Translations under genes and position numbers: made by a program | Shown here: positions 13,501 through 28,711 of the stretch, one piece after another | Position numbering within the stretch: the first letter of the stretch is position 1 | Layout: each line of letters opens with the position of its first letter | Notes under the pieces: generated by a model | Seen by the model: only the letters and a program-made list of their open reading frames with translations | What the model was told of the DNA's origin: nothing | Databases searched by the model: none | Assembly (NCBI GenBank): GCA_051294375.1 | Contig: CM119270.1 | Span: 4,410,152 to 4,474,151, forward strand | Source: Paraspadella gotoi | Lineage: Eukaryota; Animalia; Chaetognatha | DNA: 64,000 nt | Reading direction: 5' to 3'

Positions 13501-14884
13501 CTCGAGAAAAGTCAGACGCATTAGTTTACACCAACGCATCCTTCGTGCCTTTCTTTGGCCGCCTCGATGCTGCGCCGGTTGTTTACGCGTTGGCGGCGGC
13601 GGAAGCGGCGGCGGAAGCGGCGGCGGAAGCGNNNNNNNNNNNNNNNNNNNNNNNNNNNNNNNNNNNNNNNNNNNNNNNNNNNNNNNNNNNNNNNNNNNNN
13701 NNNNNNNNNNNNNNNNNNNNNNNNNNNNNNNNNNNNNNNNNNNNNNNNNNNNNNNNNNNNNNNNNNNNNNNNNNNNNNNNNNNNNNNNNNNNNNNNNNNN
13801 NNNNNNNNNNNNNNNNNNNNNNNNNNNNNNNNNNNNNNNNNNNNNNNNNNNNNNNNNNNNNNNNNNNNNNNNNNNNNNNNNNNNNNNNNNNNNNNNNNNN
13901 NNNNNNNNNNNNNNNNNNNNNNNNNNNNNNNNNNNNNNNNNNNNNNNNNNNNNNNNNNNNNNNNNNNNNNNNNNNNNNNNNNNNNNNNNNNNNNNNNNNN
14001 NNNNNNNNNNNCGACGACGACGACGTTGATGACAACATAGGGATATGACGATGACAACGTAGACAGTGACAAAGGAAACGGGTGGAGAAAAACGACTTTG
14101 TTAAAGCAAACGACGATGACGTTCGTGTTACTAATCGAACTGGTCATTGGCTGGTGCCATTTGTCTCCTGGCCAATGAGAGAGTTCCATTCTGCTTCCGG
14201 TGGATTTTACTCGAGTCGTTGATCCGATTTCATTTCTTGGGTTTGATTCCTCTGCGATGATAGGTTGGCGATAAGATATTAATAGCATGCCGATAAAATA
14301 TTAATAAAATGTCGATGAATTATTAATAAGATATTGAGAAAATATATCGAGAAAGTGAAGAATCGACGGTGATAAAATTCTCATCTCGATCGATTGGAAC
14401 GGAATGATTGCGGCGGTATATTCACGCCGCTTCGTGATACACTGATACACTGATTCACTGATACACTGACCGTATTGGCTCCAGAGTCCAGAGTGAGCAA
14501 TGACTTGACGCCATTCGAAACTGCAGCTCACACTGATCACGATATTCGAATGAAAAACTTAGCCATAGTCCAGGTCATGAGGCAATATATATGAATGTAT
14601 ATCAGATCGAAAAAACTTAATTATAAATATAAATATAAATATAAACATAAATAATAATCATTTTATATCTAAAAAATAAAAAAATAAAGATAGTGAAACA
14701 AGTAGTTTTGTAACTTTCTTAATTATCTTAACATAATAAATTATAACTTTAATTTTTAATTAATAAATAATTAAATAACTAATTAATTGAAGAAATCGAT
14801 ATTTCAATATGATACTTTCATATTAGCGCTCTTATTCAAAACCACAAGCCATCAGGCAACATGCAAGAGGCGTTATAAAGGGCG

Positions 14885-15170
14885 AGCAGACGATATAACG
14901 GTAGAGCAGACGANNNNNNNNNNNNNNNNNNNNNNNNNNNNNNNNNNNNNNNNNNNNNNNNNNNNNNNNNNNNNNNNNNNNNNNNNNNNNNNNNNNNNNN
15001 NNNNNNNNNNNNNNNNNNNNNNNNNNNNNNNNNNNNNNNNNNNNNNNNNNNNNNNNNNNNNNNNNNNNNNNNNNNNNNNNNNNNNNNNNNNNNNAACGGT
15101 AGAGCAGACGATATAACAGTAGAGCAGACGATATAACGGTAGAGCAGACGAAATAACGGTAGAGCAGACG
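14885..15170. repeat. 20-bp minisatellite (agagcagacgatataacggt) spanning a gap
   Basis: Units visible on both sides of the N run. Confidence 0.9.
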
Positions 15171-17030
15171 CTAAAACGCTGAAAAGGGGTGAGAGTGACA
15201 CAGGCGTTCCGACCGAGGCGCCCACCGAGGGAACGCGGTCGTAACGGATCTAATCAAGGGCGCGCGCCGATATTAAACGACTGTAAGCCGTTGGAACTGT
15301 TCATGAGTGAATGAATCTCGTTCCAGTAAAACCGAGGCCGGTCGGAACGCGCGCAGACTGCGAGCCGGGAGGAAACTTTCGCAGTCTCGCTTTATTGCTC
15401 TCCAATCGCTTTGAGAGAGGAAGGAACGTTTTTAAGGGAAGCTTTTTTCTTGGTTTAAAATCACTATGGGAAAGGAAGGAAAACTTTGCAGCTTTACAAT
15501 CACGATGGCAAAACTTTGCGGAGCAGCTTTATTGCTTTATAATACTAGTAATTATAATACTAATAATGGTAAAACTTTGTATTGTAGATTTATTGTTTTA
15601 CAATCGCTATGGTAAAACTCTGAAGTGTAGCTGTATTGCTTTATAACTGCGAAGACTTGCTTTATTGCTTTTCAATCGTTTTACAAGATGGTGGGAACTT
15701 TGCGATCGGTTATCATTTCATTGCAATCACTTTATCATAAAGAAAAAAAAACTATTGTTGCTTTCTCAAAAGTTCTTTCACGCTTTACTAGATAGAATAA
15801 CATGTATAATGTTTTATCTTCTCTCCTTTCAGTATTTCCGCGCAAGCTTTTCTTACGCAGTATGCTTCTTTTATTTCTGAAGCGCCAAGTTTGAAAATGG
15901 AAAATTTCTCCAGAATCTTGTTGTCTCTCTCTTTTTTTTCTCTCTATCTCTTAATTCTCTAAGCCAATTAAAGAAAAACATTGCAGTATCTCTCTGGTTC
16001 ACTCTATACTTTTGCTCTCTCTACAGAACTGAGCACTTTATTGTTATCGCCGTCCGTTAAAAAACTTTTCAGAGAGAGAGAGATTGAGAGAGCAAGAAGA
16101 GAGATGGAGAGAGAGGAGAGAGAGGTGATGAACTGAGATGAGAGAGGAGGAGAGAGAGAGACAGCGACAGAAATGAGAGAGAGAGAAGAGAGAGTAGAGA
16201 CTGAGAGAGAGAGAGAGAGAAAGGCAGAGAGATGAACCGAGGAGAGAGAGAGAGAGAGAGGTTGGAAATATTCCTCCAAATAACACCAAACGAGGACTCT
16301 TAGCACCATAAAGATAACTGCGTTCGGTCCCTGGAGACGCGACTGTGAGAGAGAAAGAAAGGAAGGAATTCACGCACAGAAAGACAAAGAAAAGCCATGA
16401 AGAAAGAAAAAGAGAAGGAATAAGTAAGAAAGAAAGAAAAAAAAAAAAAAAAAAGAAAGAAAAAAAAGAAAAATAAGAAGAAAGAAAAAAAGAAAGAAAA
16501 AAGAAAGAGAGAAAGATAGAAAGAAAAAATAAAAGAAAGAAAGAAAGAAAAAAAGAAAGAAAGAAAGAAAGAAAAAAAGAAAGAAAGAAAAAAAGAAAAA
16601 AAAGAGAGGGAGATTTATGCTCTCACCGCCGTTCCATCTGCCTTCTTTTCTTTCCTCCTCAACTTTTCTTTTTTTTCCCCTTTCCTCTCTCCTCTTCCTC
16701 TCTTTCCCTTCATCCCAACGTTTGATGCTCCTTTTGACCCGAGGGAACAAAAAACGTTTAGAAGCTCAGAATCACGCCGAGATCACGTGAGACGACGCGG
16801 GGGATCACGTGAACGTCAGGTGAACAGTTATGGTGCTTCATATGAATGGGTTTTCAGCTCTTGTTTGTCTTTTCCGGACGTCATAACTTTTTTGGGAATT
16901 GTTTTGTATAAGTTGTTTAAAAATGTAAGTTTTTTGATAACCTAGCATTAGTTCACTTCTTTTGACGAGCAAAAAATCTGACAGCATGACAAAAGTGTTC
17001 AAAATTTTTAACTTTTGAAAATTTATGATA

Positions 17031-17892
17031 AACAAGTTTTAGCAAACAATGTCGAATCTGCCTACGTTAATTAAGTGGTAATCAGCTATTTTTTTTTCAA
17101 TTTGTGATCCTAACTGATCATAACAGACCATACCATACCAAACCAGTGGCTGCGCCAATACATGTAAATCGCTTGCAAGGGATAATACGGAACTGTTACT
17201 GCGGTACAAATAATTTTTTTAACTGGTATTATTTTTTAAACTTTCTTCTAAGAAAAAAATTGAATTAATTTTTATTGAAAAAAAAGCAGAAACAGTGGAT
17301 ACATGGAATGCAGCATACAACCTATTTTGATGTAAATTGATTGTTGTTCACTTAGGATGTCCTGTCTCTTCTATTGCCAACAGATTTCCCCTTTTGTTCA
17401 TTGACCGTTCAGTGATCCTCTATTTGACCCAGATGGCAGAGTAAGTCGAGAGCGGATATCCTGCAGATGACAATCACAGAATACCTGAACTCGGGTACGA
17501 CCCTCCGTCCTGCAACACACTATCCCTTATGGCTGGGATTACAGCCGAGATGAAGGAGAGATTCTTAAAAAGGGAGTCTTTTTTCTAATGGGCGGAAACT
17601 GATTATACATAATATAATATAATATATAATATAATATGATATGATATGATATGATATAATATATGATATAATTTCATAAGATAAAAAAATAAAATATAAT
17701 CTAATGTATTGTATATGATGAATTGACTTTATATCAATTCAAATACAAATATTTAACAAGTATTAAAATTTTTTGCATAATTTATCATTATTCGATAGTC
17801 TGACATGATATACTAAGAGGATGACCGACAAGATTGAGGGGGCCGACCGACTGACCGACAAAGTGGATTATAGAGTCGGGATCTGCTGATAA
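17031..17892 (+). mobile_element. Helentron/HINE-like element, family D copy
   Basis: 5' end aacaagtt.agcaaacaat.tcg.atctgcctacg shared with 51310 and 52182. 3' end gaccgac..caaagtggattatagagtcgg resembles 51407-51457. An internal ccagtggctgcgccaatac also occurs at 9838 and ~52373. Confidence 0.6.
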
Positions 17893-18354
17893 TAGAAATG
17901 ATGACGAAGAAAATTTAAAAAGTAAAACAGAAAAGAAAGAAAAAGAAACATAGAAAATATAAAATAGAAAATAGAAATAGATAAGAGAAAATATTAAAGA
18001 GAAGAGAGAAAGTAAAACAAAGAACAGAAAATATATGAAATAGAAAATAGATAATATAAATAGAAAATAGAAAATAGAAAATAGAAAGTGGTGAAGAGAA
18101 AACAGAAATTAGCGACGGAGAAAAAGGGCTCGACTTCTCATCCATCACGGAGAAAGAGGAAAGACATCTCATCGAAAGAGACGTGAGGATTGTGAGAGCG
18201 AGTGAGGTGAGGATTGTGTGGCTCTCTTTTCCAAAAACGTCCTATTTCCGTCCCTTCATCCCTAAACCTGATTTTAACCTTACTATTTAACCATAATATT
18301 TTACTAAACTTATAAACATATCCCTAATCTAGTTTTTAACTTTAATGCCCGACT

Positions 18355-18505
18355 ACAAACCTAACCCCTAACCATAAACCCTAACCCTAATCCCTAATCC
18401 ATAACCCTAATCCCTAACACTAATCCCAAACCATAAACTCTAATCCCTAACCATAATCCCTAACCCTAATCCCTAACCGCAATCCCTAACCAGTAACCAT
18501 AAACC
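18355..18505. repeat. Degenerate (CCCTAA)n telomere-like interstitial repeat
   Basis: ccctaa/cccta(a/t)/ccataa variants in tandem. Confidence 0.8.
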
Positions 18506-21468
18506 TGTGGTCTGTCATGGATGTTAGCCACAGCGTGATGAAGTGTAGACCCACTGGAACGACACAGTTTTAAGTGATTAAGTATTTTTTCTTTATCATT
18601 AACGTTGCAGGGAAGATTTGACGTTAGTTAATTAATTTGATTCAATTGTTTTTGAGATTAAATGACTCCATTTTATCTAATCGAATTATAGGAAGATTAA
18701 TTCATTATTTAATGAAGGTAAAAACATTGACTCGATTTCAATTTGTTTATTTTATCTTTCCTCTAATGCATTAATTACATTTGGATGAATTCGATAAGCA
18801 GGTTTTGTGATAAAATGATTTATTATCATTGATTTGTGACAAGAGAATCGAGACTGAATTTATTCAGTTAACAAGATTAAAGGAAAACTATTTCATCAAA
18901 ACAAAACAGATTTTAAATCTTCGCGACATCTTCGAGCACCTTACCGCACCTTTCCTTGACAGAGAACTTTTCCAGAAAGGGCCCTTAACTGACAGAGCAC
19001 CTTACCCGAAAGAGCCCTTTCCCTGCCTGAGGGGCGCCTCACCTTTTTCGCTCCGCTGCATTTTTCTCTCTCCGTTAACTTTCCCCTTTTTTCCTTTTCC
19101 GTCTCCTCTCCCTTTTTACCTCTCGAATTCAAAAACAGGACATTTAAATTTCAAACTAAGCAGCACTTATACATTCCGATAATTTCGTTTATCTTAATTT
19201 CATATTCCAGCGAGCTCGCGAGCAAACGCATTTTTTTTTCGATAGAACTTGAACTCGTAAAAATTTTAATGCTTGATCTTTTTCTCTTTTTTTTAGAGAA
19301 GGAAAAAACTAACTTTGAAATCGCGAAATAATAGAAGACGATAAATACTGAAAGACGTTAGATGGCAAAACATACTAAGTTTCTATTGTCGATTGCAGTG
19401 TAAAATCCTAGTCGGTGGAAAAGTATGTAAGAAGATAGNNNNNNNNNNNNNNNNNNNNNNNNNNNNNNNNNNNNNNNNNNNNNNNNNNNNNNNNNNNNNN
19501 NNNNNNNNNNNNNNNNNNNNNNNNNNNNNNNNNNNNNNNNNNNNNNNNNNNNNNNNNNNNNNNNNNNNNNNNNNNNNNNNNNNNNNNNNNNNNNNNNNNN
19601 NNNNNNNNNNNNNNNNNNNNNNNNNNNNNNNNNNNNNNNNNNNNNNNNNNNNNNNNNNNNNNNNNNNNNNNNNNNNNNNNNNNNNACTCGGCTCAATGAG
19701 AAACTCGTCTAATCCCTTTGACGAAAAAAAAAGTATTGGCGAGAAAATGGAAAGGCGTTATAGATTAGTTCTATGAACGTAGAGCGTGCATAAAATACAG
19801 AGAGAGAGTGAGAGAGATGATAGAAAAGGTTCTCGTTTCAGACAAAATAGGAGTCTTGACTATCATTTGCAGAACGAAAGCGAACATTTAAATGAAATAA
19901 TGTTGGGCAAGGGCAGGTGAAAAAAAAACTGAACAAAAAAACGAGTTTCTGAATAAATTAAACAGACGTATGAATGAAGGAACGAAAGAAAGATTAAATG
20001 AACGAATTGATGAATGAATGGAAATTCGATTCACAGATGAGTTGAGGAGCTGCAGAATATAAAAAAAAAAAGGTGAAGAAAATGATAAAGAGATAATACG
20101 AAGAAGAAATGAGATATCGAAAAAAAGGGCAGATGGAGACATTAATGAGGCGAAAGAGTAAAAGGACAGAGGATGNNNNNNNNNNAAGGTGAAGAAAATG
20201 ATGAAGAGAAAATACGAAGAAGAAATGAGATATCGAAAAAAAGGNNNNNNNNNNNNNNNNNNNNNNNNNNNNNNNNNNNNNNNNNNNNNNNNNNNNNNNN
20301 NNNNNNNNNNNNNNNNNNNNNNNNNNNNNNNNNNNNNNNNNNNNNNNNNNNNNNNNNNNNNNNNNNNNNNNNNNNNNNNNNNNNNNNNNNNNNNNNNNNN
20401 NNNNNNNNNNNNNNNNNNNNNNNNNNNNNNNNNNNNNNNNNNNNNNNNNNNNNNNNNNNNNNNNNNNNNNNNNNNNNNNNNNNNNNNNNNNNNNNNNNNN
20501 NNNNNNNNNNNNNNNNNNNNNNNNNNNNNNNNNNNNNNNNNNNNNNNNNNNGAATAGAAATGAAAGAAATTCAAGGTTCAACAATCTTGAAAACTTTAGA
20601 CAGAGAGAGAGAGAAATGGAAAGAGAGAGCGACAGAGAAGCAGAAATCGAGAGATGGAGACGAAGAGAGAATAAATGATAAAATAAATGAGAGAGTAAAA
20701 TGAGGTGGCTGCCAGAAAAGAATAAAAAAGAGAAAAGCTATGGGCGTTTCATTGCTCAATGTTTGTTTCCGTTCAGTTTAACAATTTTCCGAGACACATT
20801 TAATATTCCAGGTTAAATTCAACGGAAAAACTTCCAAAGTGTTATTGAATTAACGATTGTTCCGGAAGTCTTCATTATTTAGTGATCGATCATTACGAAA
20901 AAACAAATCACTATTTTCCTAAAGCGCCCCATTTTATTCCTCAATCCCGAAACTTAATTTATAACCCTTTTTCTTTTTCCATATTTATAACTCAATCCCT
21001 CGCCTTAACCGAGTCCCTAACACTAATCCCTAACTTCTAATCTACAACTCCAGTCCCTCATCCCTAAGCTAATATATTTAAACCTAAAAGCTGGAATGGG
21101 TCGGTTTTGTAAAATATGGTCGAAAAAAGTAACATTCGCATCTCATCATTTAATACAACTTTTTTTCATGGAATAATTTTAAGGCTTCATTGACGTCACT
21201 TTAGTCGTTGTTACGATGCCATTGCTGGGGTGGATGCTGGAGAATGTCAGGCGTGGGATGTGGAGAGAGTGAGATGTGGGCCGCCACATCCTTGGGAAAG
21301 GGTCGGGCAGCGAAGAAACACCCACAATATCCGACAGTGTCCGACGGTGTCCCACACCCTATCCATCAACTAGAAACTCTACTCGTTTTTACGTCATGAA
21401 TATCAATATGAATTTAAAAAAAAATAACTTGAAAAGCGAGAAAATTAATTAAAAGAGAGTTCGAGAAA

Positions 21469-21530
<62 letters not shown>

Positions 21531-22127
21531 GACGACGAGTTTCGGGATCACGTGACACGAAAAGGCATGATTAATCGAGACGCCGCTAGAGACGCTGGTG
21601 TGGGTTGAATTTGGAGAAGGTGGTTAAACGAAAATAGGGGAAGGGGAGAAAAAAGGAAAAGAGAGAAAGGGAGGAATAAGGAAGAGGAAAGAGAAGTTAA
21701 AAAGGAGAAATTGAGAAGAGAATGAAAAGTAAGGTGAGGCAAAGTAGATTTAGTGAGAATGAAATACGAAANNNNNNNNNNNNNNNNNNNNNNNNNTGTT
21801 GAAATAATTTGTATGATTTACTTACATAGTGTTTCCAATCTGGGTTTTTTTATTTTAGATAGTCAATATAGGTAATCTCTCTCTTTTTTAAAACCCAAAA
21901 TCTCACAACCTCGCTCAGATCTTTTTTTGGGCAGCTTTGTTTGTATCACGTACTCGAGCGGTGGGAAAACATTTTTATTTCTTGTAAACAAAAAAAAACA
22001 TCCACACGAGCGACAAAATGTAAACACAAACATTTCCGATCCAAGTTTTATTGTTTTTTTTAATCTCAAAATGCAGATACACATCTAAACAAAAAATTTA
22101 AAAAAAAAAATAAATCCAAAATCTTTA

Positions 22128-22252
22128 GTTCATGGCAACCGTATTGCTTGCGTTACTCGGGGTCACACCAACTTGCAAAGGGGCTGCGGAATGACAATGA
22201 CCGCCTCCTGTCACTGGTATGGTGATATCACTGACCCGGTCCCGTCACATTT
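22128..22252 (-). mobile_element. SINE family B fragment (also 22951-23030)
   Basis: Shares ggggctgcgga..tgaccgcctcctgtcactgg...ccgtcacattt with 51802-51890. Confidence 0.7.
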
Positions 22253-23995
22253 CAGTGCACGTCGCCGCATCGCTGGACTCTATCGTCGACGTTCTCTATT
22301 TTCTTTTTCTCTCCTTTTTATTTCTAAAAGAAAATTCCGTTTTACTGGAAGAAAGATCACGTGACTGCTCGGTTACGTTTCCCATAACGAAGCCTCGTAA
22401 AAAAGGAAAAAAAAAAACTTGGAGAAAGGAAAGAAATGAGGAAAAAAGGAAAAGAAAAAAACTTGGAGAAAGGAAAAAAATGAGGAAAAAAGGAAAAGAA
22501 AAATAAAGCAGAAAAAAACAAGAGTAAAAAGGAGAAGAAAAATAAAGCACAAAAAAACAAGAGTAAAAAGGAGAAGAAAAATAAAGCAGAAAAAAACAAG
22601 AGTCAACAATCGGCGAAAAAAAAAAGAAAAGATCAAAGCAAATGATACATTGTAAATTGCATAAAATATAAATGGTGTGATTAAAAAAAGCTAAAAAAAA
22701 AGAAGAAACAATCAATTAACAAAATATTTTTTTATCTTTTAAAATCATATCAAAGTTCTAAGAGAAATTGATTCAAATTTGAACTGCGGTTCGTAGCTGA
22801 ACCTAGTCTACGTTAAAAAATACTAAAGATTAAATCCAAAATACTCTGCAATCTTACTATATAACTTCCGGTACTAGCTGTATTCAGTAATAGTAAGAGC
22901 GCTATCATTAGTATAACGATAACTAACTCATCGATCGAAANNNNNNNNNNTGCGGAATGACAGTGATCGCCTCCTGTCACTGGTATGATGGTATCACTGA
23001 CCCGGTCCCGTCACATTTCGCCCAAATCATGGATAAACGGGTCCGTCTGGGCCGAGTCTGTCGTGGGACAGTTGTGTGGAGGCTTAAAGTCGTACCGTTA
23101 CAAGGTAACTTTTATTCTCTTATATACTAGTATTTAATAGTAATTATAATTAATAGTAATCCCCCTGTAGAGGTTCACCATTATAGGTGCTTGAATCACC
23201 GCTAATCTTAGGCTTAACCAGAAAAACAACAACGTAACCCACGATGAAACAAATGGAACAAAGACAAAAGCGATCAAAAACAAACAAAAACAAAAAACAA
23301 AAAGACAAAAAAAAACCTTCTCTGTCATTGAAACGATGATAAATCTTTTAAAAGTATTATATATAATGTATGTTTAATTGTTTATTTGATTATATGTCGT
23401 TGGATTGTACGGTTCAGTCCACGTCGCCGCATCGCTGGACTCTATCGTCGACGCTCTCTATTTTCTTTTTCTCTCCTTTTTATTTCTAAAAGAAAATTCC
23501 GTTTTACTGGAAGAAAGATCACGTGACTCCACGGTTACGTTTCCCATAACGAAGGCTCGTTAAAAAAGGAAAAAAAAAACTTGAGGAAAGGAAAAAAATG
23601 AGGAAAAAAAGGAAAAGAAAAATAAAGCAGAAAAAAACAAGAGTAAACAATCGGCGAAGAAAAGATCAAAGCAAATGATACATTGTAATTTGCATAAAAT
23701 ATAAATGGTATGATTAAAAAATGCTAAAAAAAAAAAACAAAAACAATTAAATAACAAAATAATTTTTTATCTTTTAAAATCATATCAAAGTTCTAAGAGA
23801 AAGGTCGTAGAGAAAATATTTAAAATTGATTAAAATTTGAACTGCGGTTCGTAGCTGAACCTAGTCTACGTTAAAAAATACTAAAGATTAAATCCAAAAT
23901 ACTCTGCAATCTTACTATATAACTTCCGGTAATAGCTGTATTCAGTAATAGAGCGCTATCATTAGTATAACGATTACGAACTCATCGATCGAAAG
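22185..23995. repeat. Near-identical duplicate (22185-22940 vs 22951-23995) across a 10-N gap
   Basis: Colinear blocks with SNP-like differences; copy 2 carries ~400 extra bp (23020-23414). Confidence 0.9.
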
Positions 23996-26209
23996 GGCAA
24001 AGAAAAAAGAGCAACGATATACAGGGGTGTCTGGTTCTTGGCTCTTTTTTTCCTTTGGCAGACTTGACGTTTAAACCGAAGTTTTATTCTCAGCTTCCGC
24101 GTTGACTTGTTATTGTTGTTTTATTTTTAAGGTTGTTTTTGTTGTGCTCGATGCTGTTGTCGCGTTATGGAACAAGGGTCCTTTTCTTGGCAATGTCCGA
24201 GATTTTCGTTTTTATCAGTGCTATCTTTAACATGAAGATGGGTCATATACTTTTATTCCCCCAAAAATCTGTCCTGTATATTGTACACCGATTAAAAATA
24301 AACGAAAGGATCACGACGACGAATTTTAAATTTGAAAATTAGATTTTCGTCTCGTCTCGTCTCGATTTTCGACCTCCGTCATCTGCCCTTTATCGTTTCG
24401 TTCCCGCTCTCGTCTGGCGTCGATAGGTGACGCACTAAGACCGAGGCGTCGTTGCCGAAGTCTTTGCCTGGCATCAGGCGCCGGTAAGTGACAGCGGAGG
24501 AAAAGGGAGGAAAGGAAAATGGAAAAGAAAAAAAGGAAAATGCGAGAAAAGGAAGGAAAGGAAAGGAAAGGAAGGCACAAGAGATGTGATAACAGGAAGA
24601 TGATGAGAAACATAATTTGGAGTAAATGATAAATAAGAGAATGAGAAAGGAAGAAAGAAGGAAAAAAAATTAAAAGAAAACGGAATTGAACGACGACGAC
24701 GACGACGACGACGACGACAACGGTGGCAAGAAGGAAATTAAATGCAGCCGCGAGGGGAAGAAGGGAGACTGAGAGAGAGAGAGACAGAGAGACTGAGANN
24801 NNNNNNNNNNNNNNNNNNNNNNNNNNNNNNNNNNNNNNNNNNNNNNNNNNNNNNNNNNNNNNNNNNNNNNNNNNNNNNNNNNNNNNNNNNNNNNNNNNNN
24901 NNNNNNNNNNNNNNNNNNNNNNNNNNNNNNNNNNNNNNNNNNNNNNNNNNNNNNNNNNNNAGAGAGAGAGAGTCTCCCGTCCAATGCAACAGAATTTTTA
25001 ATTCTAAAGAGACTCATAGCGAATGGAATGAGGGAGGAAAAAGAAATTTAGCGATGAACGTGGAAACGACGAGAGGGAAAATTTGAAATGAAAACTTTTA
25101 AATTAGGTTATTTATTTTGAATGTGACATAACCTTTTATGTCAGAGCATTTGGTGAAATGTTTTAGGGGGCCTTTTTTTAAAAAAATGAGGTGAAAACGT
25201 CAACTTTTTCGTCGAGTCAACGTTAAACGCGAACAGATGGTCGTTTGAATGTGAAAGCGAATGTGAAAACGTAAAATTGTGAACGTGAGACTGGATCTTT
25301 GTTTACCGTCACCCACGGTGACATCGTAAACAATTGGAATCGTGCGACGGATAGAGAAAGAGAGAGGGAGAGAAAAGGAGATGGAGAGGGAGGGAGAGAG
25401 GGAGGAAGAGGGAGATGGAGAAAAAGGAATTGAGGTAGATTGAAGAAGGGAGAGAGAGAGAGAGAGAGNNNNNNNNNNNNNNNNNNNNNNNNNNNNNNNN
25501 NNNNNNNNNNNNNNNNNNNNNNNNNNNNNNNNNNNNNNNNNNNNNNNNNNNNNNNNNNNNNNNNNNNNNNNNNNNNNNNNNNNNNNNNNNNNNNNNNNNN
25601 NNNNNNNNNNNNNNNNNNNNNNNNNNNNNNNNNNNNNNNNNNNNNNNNNNNNNNNNNNNNNNNNNNNNNNNNNNNNNNNNNNNNNNNNNNNNNNNNNNNN
25701 NNNNACCCGGTAAAGCTGACAAGCGACATAATTTGCATGCATACTTCTTTGAATCTCCTGGAATTTTTTAGAATTTCTTTTCTTTTTTTTCTTTTTTATT
25801 TACACGTTGGAAACTTATCTTTGCTTGCATAAAATATGGAGTTTTTCTGTGAAAAATTGTTTTATCCTTTAAAGGAATATTGAAGAATATATAAACTATT
25901 CTTTACATAAAAAACTGTTCCTACTTTGAAGAAATGATACTATAGTTCAAAATAAAACCCGGAAAAATAGCGTCTGATTTCGGCGTTCATTTTTCTTAGA
26001 AAGATAAGCAAAGGGAAAAACGCAATGTCAACAAATGTATATATATATATATAAATTGCGCGATAAAAGGTAAAATATGTTAAACGACAAAATGAAGGAA
26101 AAGAATCGATGAAAAGAAAATGAATAAAAAGAAACGAAAAGAAAAAAGAAAAAAAAAATTTCCAGATTCCCTTTGCTCATTCATTTACTTTTTTTTCTGT
26201 CGTCCTTTT

Positions 26210-26272
<63 letters not shown>

Positions 26273-26852
26273 CTTTCATTCACTCACAGAAACCGAGAGC
26301 TTTGGGTGGATTGTAAATCCGCCATTTTTTTTCATCGGATTTTCTCTCGTTTCTACTTTGAAAAAAAGTAAATTCAATAACGGTAATAATATTATTAAAT
26401 TCGCTACCTCTCTCTAGTAATCTTTGTCATATATCTCCCCATCTACAACATTCCCTTTTTCTCCCTACTGTCTCCCTCTCTATCTCCGTCTCCTCTCTCT
26501 CTTTTTCTTTCGTTCATTTTTTTCTCAATCGTCTCCCTCTCTCTCTTCGTCTCCCTCTCGCTCATTCATTCCCTTTTTTTCTCAATTGTCTCTCTCTCTC
26601 TCTATCTCCCTCTCCCTCTCCTTTTTCTTCCGGAGGTCATGATTGTTTCTCTCGGCCCAAACGAGGTCGACGACCGGAAAAAGAATTCATAGTCGATTTT
26701 CTGCGACGTCATTAGCATCGACGTCGTCGTCGTCGTCGTTATGGTCGTCGTCGTCGTCGTTATGGTCGTCGTCGTCATCGTCGTCGCCGCAGTAATTATC
26801 ATCATCCACGTCTCAATTCGCATTAAACATGCGAATGATTTAACATAAATAG

Positions 26853-26924
<72 letters not shown>

Positions 26925-28711
26925 ACATTGAAGGTTCTAAACATTGACAATTTAACTTTTTTATCTTTTCATTCATTATTTTCTTCTTTCCTTCTTTTTT
27001 TCCCTTTTCTTTCATTCCCACCAGCCGCGCCATTTTCTCATTTGCCTCTTCTGTCCCTCTTCCCTTTCACTTTTCCCGCCAATTGCTCCCTTGTTTTCCG
27101 TTTTCCCGCTCCGCCCGTCAGGTGTCAAATTCCTAATCATCTTCGCGACGCAGCAAATGTCTCTTTTGTTTTTTCCTGTTTTTTTTTTCCTTCCCTGTTT
27201 TCGAAGCGAAGACCAAAACAGGAGTTGCACCTGAAAGAGGGAGTTAGTTCCCGGCTCGAAAATAGGATGGGGAAGTGCAAGCCATTCGCTCCATCGACCG
27301 CGGAAAACAAAACAAAAACAAAAAAACCAAAAATAACTCAGATAAAAGATAAAAAATAACATAGTGGCATCGGCTGAGGTTGGAAAGAAAAAAGTATGAC
27401 CTGTACAAGTGTACATATTTTAATTATTTAATACATAATTTATTTTTTTTAGTTTAGATGAAAAAAACGGAAAAAAAGTGAAATAAAGGTTAATCGTTTG
27501 TTAACACCATACGTATAACAAGTGCCAAGGACAACCAAATATGCGGCTTGGGAAATAGCAATGGAAAAGGCGAAGACAAAAAATGATATTAAAATGACAG
27601 AAAAGTGAAAATCGAGGCGAAGGTAAAATTTACATCTGATATCGGCCGCCCTAAAGACTCTCATATCATAATTATAATAATCCTACCTATTTTACCTATT
27701 TTAAACTTTTTCTCCCATTTATGATGTTAATTTTTTTTTTTAATTCTCCTTATTCATTGTCTTTGTTTACTTTTTTTTCACTTTCTCTCATCTCATTCAT
27801 TTTCGCCATTGTGGCTAAAAAGGTTCAGTGGCGAACTCGTGAAAGAGACCCGACAACAAGTGAATCTACTCACCCGCCAACCAGTGAATCTTCTCACCCG
27901 CCAACCAGNNNNNNNNNNNNNNNNNNNNNNNNNNNNNNNNNNNNNNNNNNNNNNNNNNNNNNNNNNNNNNNNNNNNNNNNNNNNNNNNNNNNNNNNNNNN
28001 NNNNNNNNNNNNNNNNNNNNNNNNNNNNNNNNNNNNNNNNNNNNNNNNNNNNNNNNNNNNNNNNNNCCGCCGTTCCGCCCACGCTGCCACGCCCCGACAT
28101 CTCCATGACAACGGGTGCAAACACTTGACCGCCTTTTTTTTCTCTCCCGTTTTTCCATTGTCCGTATATCGAGCGGCTTTGTTCAGTTTGTGCCCCGTTG
28201 TCTGCATCGTGCGTGATGTCTGTACAACCGCGCGACAATTTCTGAATTTAACCTCACGTTGATTGAAAGTGTTGTATTGTTTGTATGGTTTTTATGTTTT
28301 GACTGTTGATTGTAGAACGCGTGATATTTAAGACACGCCTAAAATGTTGCTGAGTTTATTGTGGACCACAGTGTCTACATAACCTGGCAAGATTTTCCAA
28401 CATCGAAGAATATTTATCGAAGATAATATTATATTATATATATAATATATATATAATATATATATTATATTAGACCTTTTTTTTCCCAGAATCTTTAATT
28501 CCGGTTAAAGGTAGTGTCAGGGATTAGGTTAGTTTTTAAAGTGAGTACCCGAAAAGGCAGCCGCCATTTTGAACTCACTCTTCAGCCTTTAATTTTAAGC
28601 CTAAACTATCGTTTCCGTTTTTTTGTCACATTTTCTTCATACAATTGAAACATTCTTTGAAATATTTTCTACTTCATTGATAGGGAAGCCAGGTACTCTA
28701 GGAGTGAATAA

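Noticed and set aside
13245-13505. GC-rich minus-strand frame ending ...DGIRTTVSRVTV*
   Set aside because: Plausible exon, but no recognisable motif or clear splice partner.
18355-18505. True telomere
   Set aside because: Short, degenerate and internal.
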